From an uncultured virus (IMG/VR IMGVR_UViG_3300028048_002245) (lineage: Duplodnaviria > Heunggongvirae > Uroviricota > Caudoviricetes): a DNA stretch of 64,000 nucleotides. Positions 38,959 to 48,953 of this stretch are shown here, one piece after another. The notes beneath the pieces are model-generated. The model did not search any database. It was not told the origin of the DNA and saw only the letters and a list, made by a program, of their open reading frames with translations. Position numbers and translations under genes: made by a program. Numbering within the stretch: the stretch's first letter is position 1; each line of letters begins with the position of its first letter. Location: IMG/VR virus record IMGVR_UViG_3300028048_002245. One strand, 5' to 3'.

Positions 38959-40365
38959 GAAATCGGGCGGGAATTCTCGGGAACTTGTTCCCGAGATGAA
39001 AGCCCGTAAATAGTGCTTATCTGAAGCAAATAAGAACAGAATATATGTTTTCTTATTGCCTCAGATATGTTATAATATCATTATGAACAAAGCATACGTT
39101 TACAGACTGTATCCTACAGCCGACCAGAAAATCTTATTTGCAAAAACGTTCGGCTGCTGCCGCAAGATCTGGAACCTTATGCTCGGCGACCGTATCGACG
39201 CCTACAACGATTATGGGATAACCCTGCTACCGACACCTGCATGGTATAAATCAGATGACAGGTATTCTTACCTCAAAGAAGTAGACTCCCTCGCACTCGC
39301 AAACGTACAGCTTGATCAGCAGAGGTCTTTTACAGCCTTCTATAATGGAACGTCTGGCTATCCGAAGTTCAAGTCAAAACGCCGTTCAAAGCTGTCATAC
39401 ACTACCAATAACCAGGGCGGGACCATCTCTGTTGCGGATAAGTCTGTCCGCCTTCCAAAAGCAGGTATGGTAAAAGCCAGGATCCATAGAAAAGCTCCTT
39501 CCTATATGAAACTGAAGTCAGCGACTGTTTCATGCGACAAATGTGGCAGATATTATGTTTCCATACTTTATGAGTATGACAGGGCTGATATCTTTAGCAA
39601 TACCCATACATCTGACGACCCGAAAAAACTTCTGGGACTTGATTACAAGTCAGATGGCCTGTACGTTGACTCTGAAGGCAGGTGTGCTGATAAGCCGCAT
39701 TACTACAGGCAGTCTCAAAAACGGCTAAAACACCTGCAACGCGGTCTGTCACGAAAGGTCGGCTCAAAGAAGGGCGAGACACCTTCCCACAACTTTGAAA
39801 AACAGCTTGCCAGAGTCCGTAAACAATACAGGCATGTGGCAGACCAGAGACGTGACTATCTCCAGAAGCGGTCAACCGCCCTTGCTGATGAGTACGGCCT
39901 TATCGGTGTAGAAGACCTATCCCTTAAAGGAATGTCGTCTTCCAAAGGACTGGGGCTTGGAAAAGCAACAAACGATAACGGCTTTGGTATGTTTATCCAG
40001 ATGCTTGCCTATAAGATGGCTGATAGGGATAAGCTCCTCATAAAAGTGAGTAAGACTTTTCCGTCAAGCCAGCTGTGCCAGTGTGGATATAAGAATCCGA
40101 TAACCAAGGATCTCTCTGTCCGCACTGTTGTATGTCCTGTATGTGGACGTATATATGACAGGGATGTGAATGCAGCCATAAACATAAGGAACGAAGCTTA
40201 CCGCATCTTCCGATGTGGGGAATAGGCTAAAATCTATGTAGGGCGGGGACCGCCCGAACTAAAGCCTGTGGAGCTGGCTCTGACGGGGTATACCTTTAGC
40301 GGGGTATGCTAGTTACCACCAGTCTTGAAGCAGGAAGCTCGGCTACTTGTAGCCGAGTAGTTCAC
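38959..40365 (+). mobile_element. IS200/IS605-family (tnpB-only) element, copy 2, complete
   Basis: Left hairpin CTCGGGAACTTGTTCCCGAG after TTTAA (putative TAM); right hairpin and terminal TTCAC. Confidence 0.9.
39083..40225 (+). CDS. tnpB: TnpB RNA-guided nuclease
   Basis: MNKAYVYRLYPT HTH N-terminus; intact RuvC D-E-D; zinc finger. ATG lies just after TGnTATAAT (possibly leaderless). Confidence 0.95.
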   Translation: MNKAYVYRLYPTADQKILFAKTFGCCRKIWNLMLGDRIDAYNDYGITLLPTPAWYKSDDRYSYLKEVDSLALANVQLDQQRSFTAFYNGTSGYPKFKSKRRSKLSYTTNNQGGTISVADKSVRLPKAGMVKARIHRKAPSYMKLKSATVSCDKCGRYYVSILYEYDRADIFSNTHTSDDPKKLLGLDYKSDGLYVDSEGRCADKPHYYRQSQKRLKHLQRGLSRKVGSKKGETPSHNFEKQLARVRKQYRHVADQRRDYLQKRSTALADEYGLIGVEDLSLKGMSSSKGLGLGKATNDNGFGMFIQMLAYKMADRDKLLIKVSKTFPSSQLCQCGYKNPITKDLSVRTVVCPVCGRIYDRDVNAAINIRNEAYRIFRCGE

Positions 40366-40385
40366 ATTCCCCGACGTACATGGAA
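40226..40385 (+). ncRNA. TnpB omegaRNA (3' part) with flank-derived guide from 40366
   Basis: Scaffold essentially identical to 897..1036 but with a different downstream flank. Confidence 0.7.
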
Positions 40386-40393
40386 TTATTCAG

Positions 40394-41854
40394 TTACTTT
40401 TTTGCATTTGAAGGTGCGGAGGTTGTAACTGAAACCTCAAGTTCTCCTGTTGGCTTTCTCTTGGCAAACTGCTCAAGATCAGTCTTATCCGCCAGGTCAG
40501 CTTTAGCAGCTTTAAGCGGTTTTGCGGAGAACTTCTCCTTAACCAGCTTATTATAGAGGGTTGGAGCCTCTTTCTTAAGGGTCTTGAACCCTGTCGCCAT
40601 CATAGACGGCTGGAGACCTTTGTCCCAAAGATCTGGGCGCTCGGTCTTGATACGGGCTTCATCATACCCGTCTGCCTTGGTCTTCTCGTTGATACTGAGA
40701 AAGACCTTTTTCCCATCAGCTGTTGTATAAACAGCCTTGGCATTGTTTTCCTTATCAAAGGTAGGAAGCAGCTTGGAGAGAGCTTCCTCTTTATCCGCCT
40801 TGATCTTTGCAAGAGCATCGAGATGCCTCTTGCTTTCCTGCTTTTCTTCCCAGTCAAGTCTGGAAAGTTCTTCAGCATATGAGCCGAGTGCAGGCTCAAG
40901 ATTAAACGGCTTTTCCGACTCCTTATAGCCGATTCCATATTTTGCATAGGCATCGACTGTATGATGAGCTGTGTCATCATTTGGAATCTTCACTTCAGAG
41001 CAGTCTACGGCAAACTGCTCTACTTTTTTAAGGATGCGAATTTCCACATTTTTATCCCTTTCGACCTTTCGGACGAGAAGGTTTTGTGGATACAGCCCGT
41101 CATCCCTGGGAGCGACGGCGATGAACCAAAGAGGAAGGTTCATTACCGCCATGTAGTATCTTGTCTGAACCTCGTAGGGTTCAGGGCAACCTACTACATT
41201 GAGGCTGTCAACTCTCCACTTGGCTGTGGAGAGCTCAATCTTACGGGTGGTCTTTATCTCCAACCCGTAATAACCCAATGTCACGTCGTTATCGACACCG
41301 AGTTCAGGATCGAACTTATGAAGTTCAATTAGTCTGTCGATATCGGCAACTACGTGTGGGAACGCCAGGTTCCCTTCGCTGTCCAGTATACCACACTGAA
41401 ACAGCGATTTGTCCTCAACGAGGAATCCATATAAGCCTGCTGGCTTCAGGTATTCCTCGTTTATCTTGTCGAGAGCCATTGCAGCTACGGCTCCTTCAAG
41501 ATTGTTACCGGCTTCCATAGCTGAGGTATCACGCTCAGCTTCCTGTCTGCCTGTAAGCTGGTAATACAGGGCAAGCTTGCCGTTAAAGGCTTCCGGGACA
41601 CCGTTTTCATGTCCCGGATAAATGCCTGCAACAGCCGCTGCAGAGCTGGCTCCGATGCAGCAACCGTCTGAGACTCTGCCGCCCGCTGTCTTACGATCAG
41701 CGAGCCATTTGGCATCATCTCGGACAGTCTGCCTGTCTGCTCCCAGGACTGGCTGCCCTGAGAGATATTTTTTAACCCAATCGTTGCTGTCAGCAACTTT
41801 TATTGGGTTTCCATTTTTATGCCCTTCTGGGGCTTTTATCTTAACAAGAGACAT
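40394..41854 (-). CDS. YqaJ/lambda-exonuclease-like recombinase
   Basis: W...R...IGAS.AA, G..LE, ADID, LEIKT and Q...YM motifs. Confidence 0.8.
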   Translation of the reverse strand: MSLVKIKAPEGHKNGNPIKVADSNDWVKKYLSGQPVLGADRQTVRDDAKWLADRKTAGGRVSDGCCIGASSAAAVAGIYPGHENGVPEAFNGKLALYYQLTGRQEAERDTSAMEAGNNLEGAVAAMALDKINEEYLKPAGLYGFLVEDKSLFQCGILDSEGNLAFPHVVADIDRLIELHKFDPELGVDNDVTLGYYGLEIKTTRKIELSTAKWRVDSLNVVGCPEPYEVQTRYYMAVMNLPLWFIAVAPRDDGLYPQNLLVRKVERDKNVEIRILKKVEQFAVDCSEVKIPNDDTAHHTVDAYAKYGIGYKESEKPFNLEPALGSYAEELSRLDWEEKQESKRHLDALAKIKADKEEALSKLLPTFDKENNAKAVYTTADGKKVFLSINEKTKADGYDEARIKTERPDLWDKGLQPSMMATGFKTLKKEAPTLYNKLVKEKFSAKPLKAAKADLADKTDLEQFAKRKPTGELEVSVTTSAPSNAKK

Positions 41855-41939
41855 TTTTGTCTCTCCTTTCTCCCATCAATACGTGACGGGTCGTTTAAAT
41901 AAACAGAACCAGATATAATCTGGTTCAGATACATAAGAA

Positions 41940-42020
41940 GTCCCCGTTATCCGGTGGGGCGGTAATCCTTTTTAAGCCTGTATGGTCGATTACTCCCACC
42001 TGATGCGGGAACCTAAAATT
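41940..42020 (-). promoter_or_regulatory. Conserved structured leader motif upstream of the yqaJ-like gene
   Basis: AATTTTAGGTTCCC..AGGTGG..GTAATC/GATTAC..CCCCACC..AACGGGGAC, matching 13461..13543. Confidence 0.7.
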
Positions 42021-42031
42021 TTAAGGAAATG

Positions 42032-42391
42032 TCAGGCACGACTGGCATTGTATGCCCGAACCATATCCTTTATCTCTCTAGGGAGAGAATATGGCTCGCC
42101 GTCGAAGACGGCTCTGCGGCATACGCTCATCGCATATGCCAGTGCGTCCTGGTAGTTATGTCCCAATTTAACGGCAAACGCCGTATAGTTAAGGACATCT
42201 TTCTCCCAATCAGGATATTCATCCTGATAATATAATTCTCTGCCTGCTGTTATAGCAGCCACTATAGTATCAGTAGCTGCCACCTTTTCACTTTCAGACA
42301 GAGAGTTGAACCCAGCCATCTTCTCAAATCGCTTGATGGCTGCATACTCCGCTTTTACAGGGCGAAGATTCTCTACATATTTTCTACCCAT
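42032..42391 (-). CDS. Hypothetical protein
   Basis: RBS AGGAGG; downstream of leader L3. Confidence 0.7.
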   Translation of the reverse strand: MGRKYVENLRPVKAEYAAIKRFEKMAGFNSLSESEKVAATDTIVAAITAGRELYYQDEYPDWEKDVLNYTAFAVKLGHNYQDALAYAMSVCRRAVFDGEPYSLPREIKDMVRAYNASRA

Positions 42392-42399
42392 TGATTTAT

Positions 42400-42619
42400 C
42401 CTCCTATAGGTCAGAAAATATATGCCGCCCTGAGGATACAGAAACTCTCTGCAACCTGATTCCACAAGGGGCGACATAAGATGTTGTACCCCGTGGAAAC
42501 GGGTATTAAAAACAAAAAATGCAGGAGCTGAATCTTTTCAAAATAGAAAAAATCAGTTCCTGCATATTTCTTATTACTGTAATTAGTTTTATTATAAACT
42601 AACTACGTCAATAATGCAA
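42400..42619 (-). promoter_or_regulatory. Repeated leader L3
   Basis: TTGCAT-17-TATAAT, long hairpin plus T6 terminator, then a hairpin containing ACGGGGTACAAC. Confidence 0.55.
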
Positions 42620-42877
42620 GTTTATTATCACAAGTCTGACAACTTGTATTACTTTATTTACAAAAAAACTCCCTGCTTCGGCAGAAAAAAAGTAACGGTA
42701 TTCCTTTGAGAATATTTTATTCGTATTGGGAATACTGATATTCCTATTGGAATATGTTTATTCTGGAAAATGGAGTGTATATGCGTATAGATATGGATAT
42801 AATTACATATTTACAGCTGATTTCAGAAAAGATTTTTTCCCTTTAGACTGTATAATACAAGGGCAGGAGGATATATA

Positions 42878-45514
42878 ATGCAGATAAAGAAATTTACGCA
42901 GGCTTCCATGGAAGTCTCACAGATGGCAGAAAGAGAAGCTATCGATCATGGAAATCAGGAAATAAAGCAGGAACACCTTGTTCTTGCAATGCTAGATCAG
43001 AAAGACGGCCTCATTCCGAAGATATTCGAGAGAATGGAAATCGATACGGATATGTTCAGAAAGCGTCTTCTAGGCATCATAGATACTTTTCCGAGAGTTG
43101 ATGGCAATACAGCGAAGACCTTCATAGGAAAACAGTTAAACGATGTCCTGACACATGGAGATGATGAAGCAGAAGCGATGAAAGATGATTACGTTTCCGT
43201 CGAGCATCTTTTTCTTTCTCTGATCAAGTATCAGTCAGACACCATAAAGACTCTTTTTGATGAGTTTGGTATTACCCGTTCAAACTTCATGCAGGCTCTT
43301 AAGGGCATACGCGGAAATGTACACGTTACAACGACGAACCCGGAGGCTACCTATGATGTACTGGAAAAGTACGGATATGACATGGTAGAGCAGGCAAAAA
43401 AACAGCAGACAGATCCTGTCATAGGCCGTGATACCGAGATAAGGAATGTTATAAGGATCCTTTCCAGAAAGACAAAAAACAACCCTATACTCATCGGTGA
43501 ACCCGGAGTAGGAAAAACAGCAGCTGTCGAAGGACTTGCCCAAAGAATCGCATCGGGAGATGTACCAGACAATCTTGAAAACAAGAAGATATTTTCACTT
43601 GATGTATCATCCCTTGTCGCAGGAGCTTCCCTCCAAGGGGAGTTCGAAGAAAGGCTGAAGGCTGTCCTGCAGCAGGTTTCTGAATCCAACGGCGACATAC
43701 TGCTTTTCATAGATGAGATACATATGATAGTAGGAGCAGGCAAGTCGGGCGGTGCTATGGATGCAGGAAATATCCTTAAACCAATGCTTGCAAGGGGACA
43801 GCTTCACTGTATCGGCGCTACTACTATAGATGAGTACCGTGAGTACATTGAAAAAGACCCCGCTCTTGCAAGAAGGTTTCAGCCTGTTATCGTAAATGAA
43901 CCATCCGTCGAAGATACGATAAGTATTTTAAGAGGAATAAAGGACAGGTATGAAAACTATCACGGTGTAAAAATACAGGATGCAGCCCTTGTTGCAGCTG
44001 CCACACTTTCTTCCCGCTATATCACAGACAGGCATCTTCCAGATAAGGCGATAGACCTTGTAGATGAAGCCTGTGCTTCTGTAAAGACAGCTATAGGTTC
44101 GATGCCTCCTGAACTGGATGAACTTGATCGTAAGGTGATGCAGTTGGAGATTGAGGAAGCTGCTCTTAAGAAAGAGACCGACTTCGCTTCTCAGGAACGT
44201 CTTGATGAACTCAAGTCAGAACTGTCAGAATTAAAAGATGATCTGTCCGTACAGAAAGCCCAGTGGGAGAATGAAAAGAGTGCTTTATCCAAAGTAACAT
44301 CATTAAGAAAGAAGATAGAAGCAGTAAACAAGGATATAAAGGTCGCTCAGCAGAACTATGACCTTGACCGTGCTGCTGAATTACAGTATGGAAAGCTTCC
44401 GAAGTTAAAAGATCAGCTTGCTGCTGAGGAACAGAAAGTCAAAGACAAGAAGCTTACCATGATCCACGAGAGTGTGGATGAAGATGAGATAGCTTCAGTC
44501 GTATCAAGATGGACTGGAATACCGATACAGAAGCTAAACGAGACAGAAAGAGCAAAGATAGTCCATCTTGAAGACACTCTCCATAAACGTATCATAGGTC
44601 AGAACGAGGCTGTAAGAAAGCTCTCCAAGGCAATCCTCAGATCAAGGGCAGGTATCAATGACCCGACAAGACCAATCGGCTCATTCCTTCTGCTTGGTCC
44701 TACAGGAGTAGGTAAAACAGAACTTGCCAAGGCACTTGCTGAAGCCCTGTTTGATGATGAAAACAGTATGATACGTCTCGATATGTCTGAATATATGGAC
44801 AAAGCATCAACTGAAAAACTTATCGGTGCTCCTCCAGGATATATCGGTTATGAGCAGGGAGGACAGCTGACAGAGGCGGTCAGGATGAAACCTTATTCAG
44901 TCGTCCTGTTTGATGAGATGGAGAAAGCCAATCTGGATGTATACAATCTCCTGTTACAGATACTTGATGATGGAAGGCTTACGGATTCCCATGGAAGGAC
45001 TGTTGATTTCAAGAATACTGTCATCATCATGACCTCAAACCTTGGAGCAGAAGAGATACTTAACGGTACAAAAGACGGCAACATAACGAAGCAGGCACGG
45101 GATGCCGTGAATCAGGTGCTGTACAAATATCTGAAACCTGAGTTTCTGAATCGTCTTGATGAGATACTTCTGTTCCAGCCTCTTACTGTTGATGACGTCT
45201 GCAATATTGCAGGGCTGTTTGCTGATAATGTTGCAAAACGTATGAAGGAAAGAGGATACGAAATAGAGTTTACTGATGAGGCGATACAGTATATAGGACA
45301 GAGCAGCTATGATCCTGAACATGGAGCAAGACCAGTCCGCAGATTTATGCAGAAATACATAGACACAGCTATAGCAGAAAGCATCATGAACAATGAGGTT
45401 GGCGAAGATGAAAAGGTTGTGATTGATGCAGTTGATGAAGATGGTGAACTTAATCTTGTGATTGAAAACCGTCCTAAAGACAAGCACAAAAAAACAACAG
45501 ATGAAGAATCCTGA
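42878..45514 (+). CDS. clpB: ClpB AAA+ disaggregase
   Basis: Clp-N repeats, GEPGVGKT, long M-domain (AAELQYG), GPTGVGKT, LIGAPPGY.GY, GARP. Confidence 0.95.
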   Translation: MQIKKFTQASMEVSQMAEREAIDHGNQEIKQEHLVLAMLDQKDGLIPKIFERMEIDTDMFRKRLLGIIDTFPRVDGNTAKTFIGKQLNDVLTHGDDEAEAMKDDYVSVEHLFLSLIKYQSDTIKTLFDEFGITRSNFMQALKGIRGNVHVTTTNPEATYDVLEKYGYDMVEQAKKQQTDPVIGRDTEIRNVIRILSRKTKNNPILIGEPGVGKTAAVEGLAQRIASGDVPDNLENKKIFSLDVSSLVAGASLQGEFEERLKAVLQQVSESNGDILLFIDEIHMIVGAGKSGGAMDAGNILKPMLARGQLHCIGATTIDEYREYIEKDPALARRFQPVIVNEPSVEDTISILRGIKDRYENYHGVKIQDAALVAAATLSSRYITDRHLPDKAIDLVDEACASVKTAIGSMPPELDELDRKVMQLEIEEAALKKETDFASQERLDELKSELSELKDDLSVQKAQWENEKSALSKVTSLRKKIEAVNKDIKVAQQNYDLDRAAELQYGKLPKLKDQLAAEEQKVKDKKLTMIHESVDEDEIASVVSRWTGIPIQKLNETERAKIVHLEDTLHKRIIGQNEAVRKLSKAILRSRAGINDPTRPIGSFLLLGPTGVGKTELAKALAEALFDDENSMIRLDMSEYMDKASTEKLIGAPPGYIGYEQGGQLTEAVRMKPYSVVLFDEMEKANLDVYNLLLQILDDGRLTDSHGRTVDFKNTVIIMTSNLGAEEILNGTKDGNITKQARDAVNQVLYKYLKPEFLNRLDEILLFQPLTVDDVCNIAGLFADNVAKRMKERGYEIEFTDEAIQYIGQSSYDPEHGARPVRRFMQKYIDTAIAESIMNNEVGEDEKVVIDAVDEDGELNLVIENRPKDKHKKTTDEES

Positions 45515-45543
45515 TTTATGGAAAGAAAGACTGCTTCTTGTCT

Positions 45544-45641
45544 TTGACATATATGCCAATATACTTTATAATATAACATATATCTAGTCAAAAGGTATTT
45601 TTAAAGTCGTTAGAATCTGATGATTCTGGCGGCTTTTTTGT
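45544..45641 (+). promoter_or_regulatory. Repeated leader L4
   Basis: Perfect TTGACA-17-TATAAT followed by an AGTCGTTAGA..TCTGGCGGC-T6 terminator. Confidence 0.7.
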
Positions 45642-45676
45642 TACAAGTCCCGATTTGCTAAAGAAAAGAAAGGAGC

Positions 45677-46111
45677 ATGATTATGGGATGGACAGGTATC
45701 CCGAAGCACTTTGACAGTGCTTCAGAAAAAAAACAGTACCTTGATGGTCTCTTCAGAGACGGAATAAAGGTGCTACTTTCGAGGATGGTCAGCAATGAGT
45801 ATTATGCTGCCATTCAACAGGAAGACGGTACTGTGACTGCTTATGTCGTAAAGACGGCAAGCAGGAGTGCAGAATTCCTTTATAAAGGAGTATCTGAGGA
45901 CTGTGGTCCGATATGGACTAAATGCCCTCAGATGATTCTTAAAATCCTTTCTCCGACTGAGAACCAGTGGGCTCTCAAGTGGAGACAGGAGTGTGTCGAG
46001 TATAACGAGGCACAAAGAATCAAAAGGCGGAAATACGAGAAAACCGCCAGAGAAAAAAATAAAAATGAAAGGGCACAGCTTAAAGCTGCTATAGCAGCCG
46101 CTCTTGACTAA
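45677..46111 (+). CDS. Mobile-element hypothetical protein (DUF6927-like)
   Basis: MGW start; YK..SE.CGP...CP..IL..LSPT....A..WR..C motif. Confidence 0.6.
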   Translation: MIMGWTGIPKHFDSASEKKQYLDGLFRDGIKVLLSRMVSNEYYAAIQQEDGTVTAYVVKTASRSAEFLYKGVSEDCGPIWTKCPQMILKILSPTENQWALKWRQECVEYNEAQRIKRRKYEKTAREKNKNERAQLKAAIAAALD

Positions 46112-46283
46112 TCATTTTTTTAACACCCGCTACAACGAGACAATATATATTGTTCTTGTGCAGTGGGTGTTTTTTTGACCAAAAATCAAGAACAGTTCCT
46201 TGTAGTGTGTTATAATTATAAAAGACGGTACATCAAATATTGAGATATACAGATATTATAGCAAAGGAAGATATATAAAATTT

Positions 46284-47390
46284 ATGGATAGATATAATGC
46301 TATTGACTTGTTCTGTGGAGCAGGAGGCTTATCCTATGGCTTTATGGAAGCGGGGTATGATATAATCGTCGGGGTTGATAATGATAAGGATGCCCTTAAT
46401 ACGTTTTCAAAGAATCATGAGGGAGCAATGGCTCTGAATGCCGACTTGTCGAAGCAGGCAACAATAGATGAAATAAGGCATATAGCGGGCGACAGAGAGA
46501 TAGATGTAGTCATTGCAGGTCCCCCATGTCAAGGATTCTCAGTCACAGGTCCGAGGCATTTTGATGATCCAAGGAATAGACTGTATCTTGCAGTTATTGA
46601 ATTAGTAAAACAGTATCGCCCGAAGGGGTTCATAATAGAAAATGTCCCTGGGATGGCTGCGATGTATGATGGACAGGTAAAAGATGAGATTCTAAGACGT
46701 TTCCGTGATATGGATTATAATATTGAATGCCGGATTCTGAAGGCATGTGACTATGGCGTTCCTCAGATGAGAAGAAGGCTTATTTTCATGGGAGTACGTG
46801 GTGATATAGGTAAACCAGAATTTCCTGTTCCTATGTATGGACCTGATGGAAGCAGACCTTATGTAACCTGCCGTGATGCAATATCAGATCTTCCAGAGAG
46901 GCTTGATAAAGATGGTCTTGGTACAGAGGAAGATTTATATAGTCAGCCTGCACAGACAGAATATCAGAAAGAAATGCGTGGCAGCTGTAATATCCTTTAT
47001 AATCATGTAGCTACAAAGCATAAGGAGTTTGTAAAAGAGGTCATAGCACAGGTTCCAGAGGGCGGTAATTATAAAGATCTGCCGGCAGGTGTGGGAGAAA
47101 GCAGAAATTTTCATATGGCGTGGACAAGGCTTGATGGCAATGCTCCTGCCCGGACTGTGGATACTGGTCATAGGAACATATTTCATTATAGCCTGAACAG
47201 AGTACCTACTGTCAGGGAGAACGCAAGACTTCAGTCGTTTCCTGATGATTTTGTATTCACAGGAAGTCGCACAAAGCAGAGCAGACAGGTAGGCAATGCT
47301 GTACCACCGCTGCTTGGCAAGGCTCTTGGGTTACAGCTGAAAAAGATTATTGGTGGCAGTGACAGTTGTGCAGCAGAGGACGCTCACTAA
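46284..47390 (+). CDS. dcm: C5-cytosine DNA methyltransferase M1 (last codons supplied by IS end)
   Basis: DLFCGAGG, GPPCQGFS, ENV, PQ.R.R, RE.ARLQSFPD, QVGNAVPP. Confidence 0.93.
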   Translation: MDRYNAIDLFCGAGGLSYGFMEAGYDIIVGVDNDKDALNTFSKNHEGAMALNADLSKQATIDEIRHIAGDREIDVVIAGPPCQGFSVTGPRHFDDPRNRLYLAVIELVKQYRPKGFIIENVPGMAAMYDGQVKDEILRRFRDMDYNIECRILKACDYGVPQMRRRLIFMGVRGDIGKPEFPVPMYGPDGSRPYVTCRDAISDLPERLDKDGLGTEEDLYSQPAQTEYQKEMRGSCNILYNHVATKHKEFVKEVIAQVPEGGNYKDLPAGVGESRNFHMAWTRLDGNAPARTVDTGHRNIFHYSLNRVPTVRENARLQSFPDDFVFTGSRTKQSRQVGNAVPPLLGKALGLQLKKIIGGSDSCAAEDAH

Positions 47391-47650
47391 TACCCACGGG
47401 CAAGCCCGTGGGGTTGCAATAGAAATACTGTAACCCTGAGTGAGTAGCCTAAGTGCTTTAAGCACTACGTTAAGAGAGAATATATAGGTACTTTGGAATG
47501 TAGTACCAAGTTCCAAACACTACGGTCTGTGATTAAACAGCTCTGAGGTATAGGAGCAGTGTTGCAGACACATAAACCTCTCATTAACATTGGCGATGGT
47601 ACACTAACCACCCTTCGGGGTGAGTAACTAAAACCTTTTAAGGTTTTAAG
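47383..47650 (+). ncRNA. IscB omegaRNA scaffold
   Basis: Structured region upstream of iscB, homologous to 8350..8620 and 4490..4805. Confidence 0.8.
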
Positions 47651-47665
47651 AAAGGAGTACGACTT

Positions 47666-48904
47666 ATGGTCTATGTATTATCAAAAACCGGACAGCCTTT
47701 AATGCCTACAGAAAACCATGCTAAAGTACGTATTCTTTTAAAGCAAGGTAAGGCAAAGGTAGTACACCGCTGTCCGTTTACAATACAACTGTTGTATAGT
47801 AGCACGAACTATACACAAAAGGTAACTTTAGGCATAGATAGTGGAAGTAAGCATATTGGTCTTTCAGCAACTACAAAGGATAAAGTATTATTTGAGTCTG
47901 ATGTAGAGCTTAGAAACGATATTGTAGACTTACTTTCTACTCGTAGAGAATTAAGACGTTCCCGTAGGAGTCGTAAAACCAGATACCGTAAAACACGATT
48001 TAACAATCGCAGGCGCAGTGACAGATGGTTAGCACCCTCTGTAAAACAAAAAGTAGACTCTCACATTACGATGATAGCAAAGATACACAAAATACTGCCT
48101 ATCTCAAATATCATAGTAGAAGTAGCCTCTTTTGATATCCAGAAGATTAAGGATCCTGCAATAAGTGGTACAGATTATCAAAAAGGTGAACAGTTAGACT
48201 TTTGGAATGTGCGTGAGTACGTCCTCTTTCGTGATGACCACACTTGTCAGTGCTGCCACGGAAAATCAGGAGATAAAATTTTAAACGTACATCACATAGA
48301 AAGCCGTAAGACAGGTGGTAATGCACCCAATAATCTCATTACACTATGTGAAACCTGTCATACTGGATATCATAAGGGAACCGTAAAACTACCTAAGACA
48401 ATACATAGAGGAATGTCTTTTAAGGATGCTACGTTTATGGGCATCATGCGTTGGGCTTTGTATGGGAAACTTAAGTCTATATATCCAGACGTAAAACTTA
48501 CTTACGGATATATTACTAAAAACGTTCGTATAAAAAACGGTTTGCCAAAGGATCATTATATAGATGCTCGTTGTATTAGTGGCAATCCTAACGCTGCTAG
48601 TAACGGAGATGTCTATTATTATAAAAAAGTCCGTTGCCACAATAGGCAGATACACAAGAATACCATCCTTAAAGGTGGTTATCGTAAATGTAATCAGGCT
48701 CCATATGAAGTTAAAGGTTTTAGACTTTTTGATAAGGTACAGTGGAAAGGATGTAAGTGTTTTATTTTTGGCAGACGCTCTACAGGACGTATGGATTTAA
48801 GGCTTTTAGACGGAACACATATTAACGCTTCTGTAGGATACAAGAACCTAAAGTTGTTAAAAATGCGTAGTAGTTATCTTATAGAACAAAGAAAGGTAGG
48901 TTAA
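47666..48904 (+). CDS. iscB: IscB RNA-guided nuclease
   Basis: PLMP, GIDSGS, bridge helix, HNH (VHHI..GG..P.NLITLC..CH), HYIDA. Confidence 0.95.
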   Translation: MVYVLSKTGQPLMPTENHAKVRILLKQGKAKVVHRCPFTIQLLYSSTNYTQKVTLGIDSGSKHIGLSATTKDKVLFESDVELRNDIVDLLSTRRELRRSRRSRKTRYRKTRFNNRRRSDRWLAPSVKQKVDSHITMIAKIHKILPISNIIVEVASFDIQKIKDPAISGTDYQKGEQLDFWNVREYVLFRDDHTCQCCHGKSGDKILNVHHIESRKTGGNAPNNLITLCETCHTGYHKGTVKLPKTIHRGMSFKDATFMGIMRWALYGKLKSIYPDVKLTYGYITKNVRIKNGLPKDHYIDARCISGNPNAASNGDVYYYKKVRCHNRQIHKNTILKGGYRKCNQAPYEVKGFRLFDKVQWKGCKCFIFGRRSTGRMDLRLLDGTHINASVGYKNLKLLKMRSSYLIEQRKVG

Positions 48905-48953
48905 ATGCGGTTCCTCCCACAGGCAAGCCTGTGGGTTTCCCCGCTAAATATTT

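Larger units (their letters stand above)
47383..48953 (+). mobile_element. IscB-encoding IS200/IS605 element inserted between two methylase genes
   Basis: Ends defined by shared sequence with 8229..8620 (CTCACTAATACCCACGGG ... CCGCTAAATATTT, followed by ATGAC). Confidence 0.9.
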
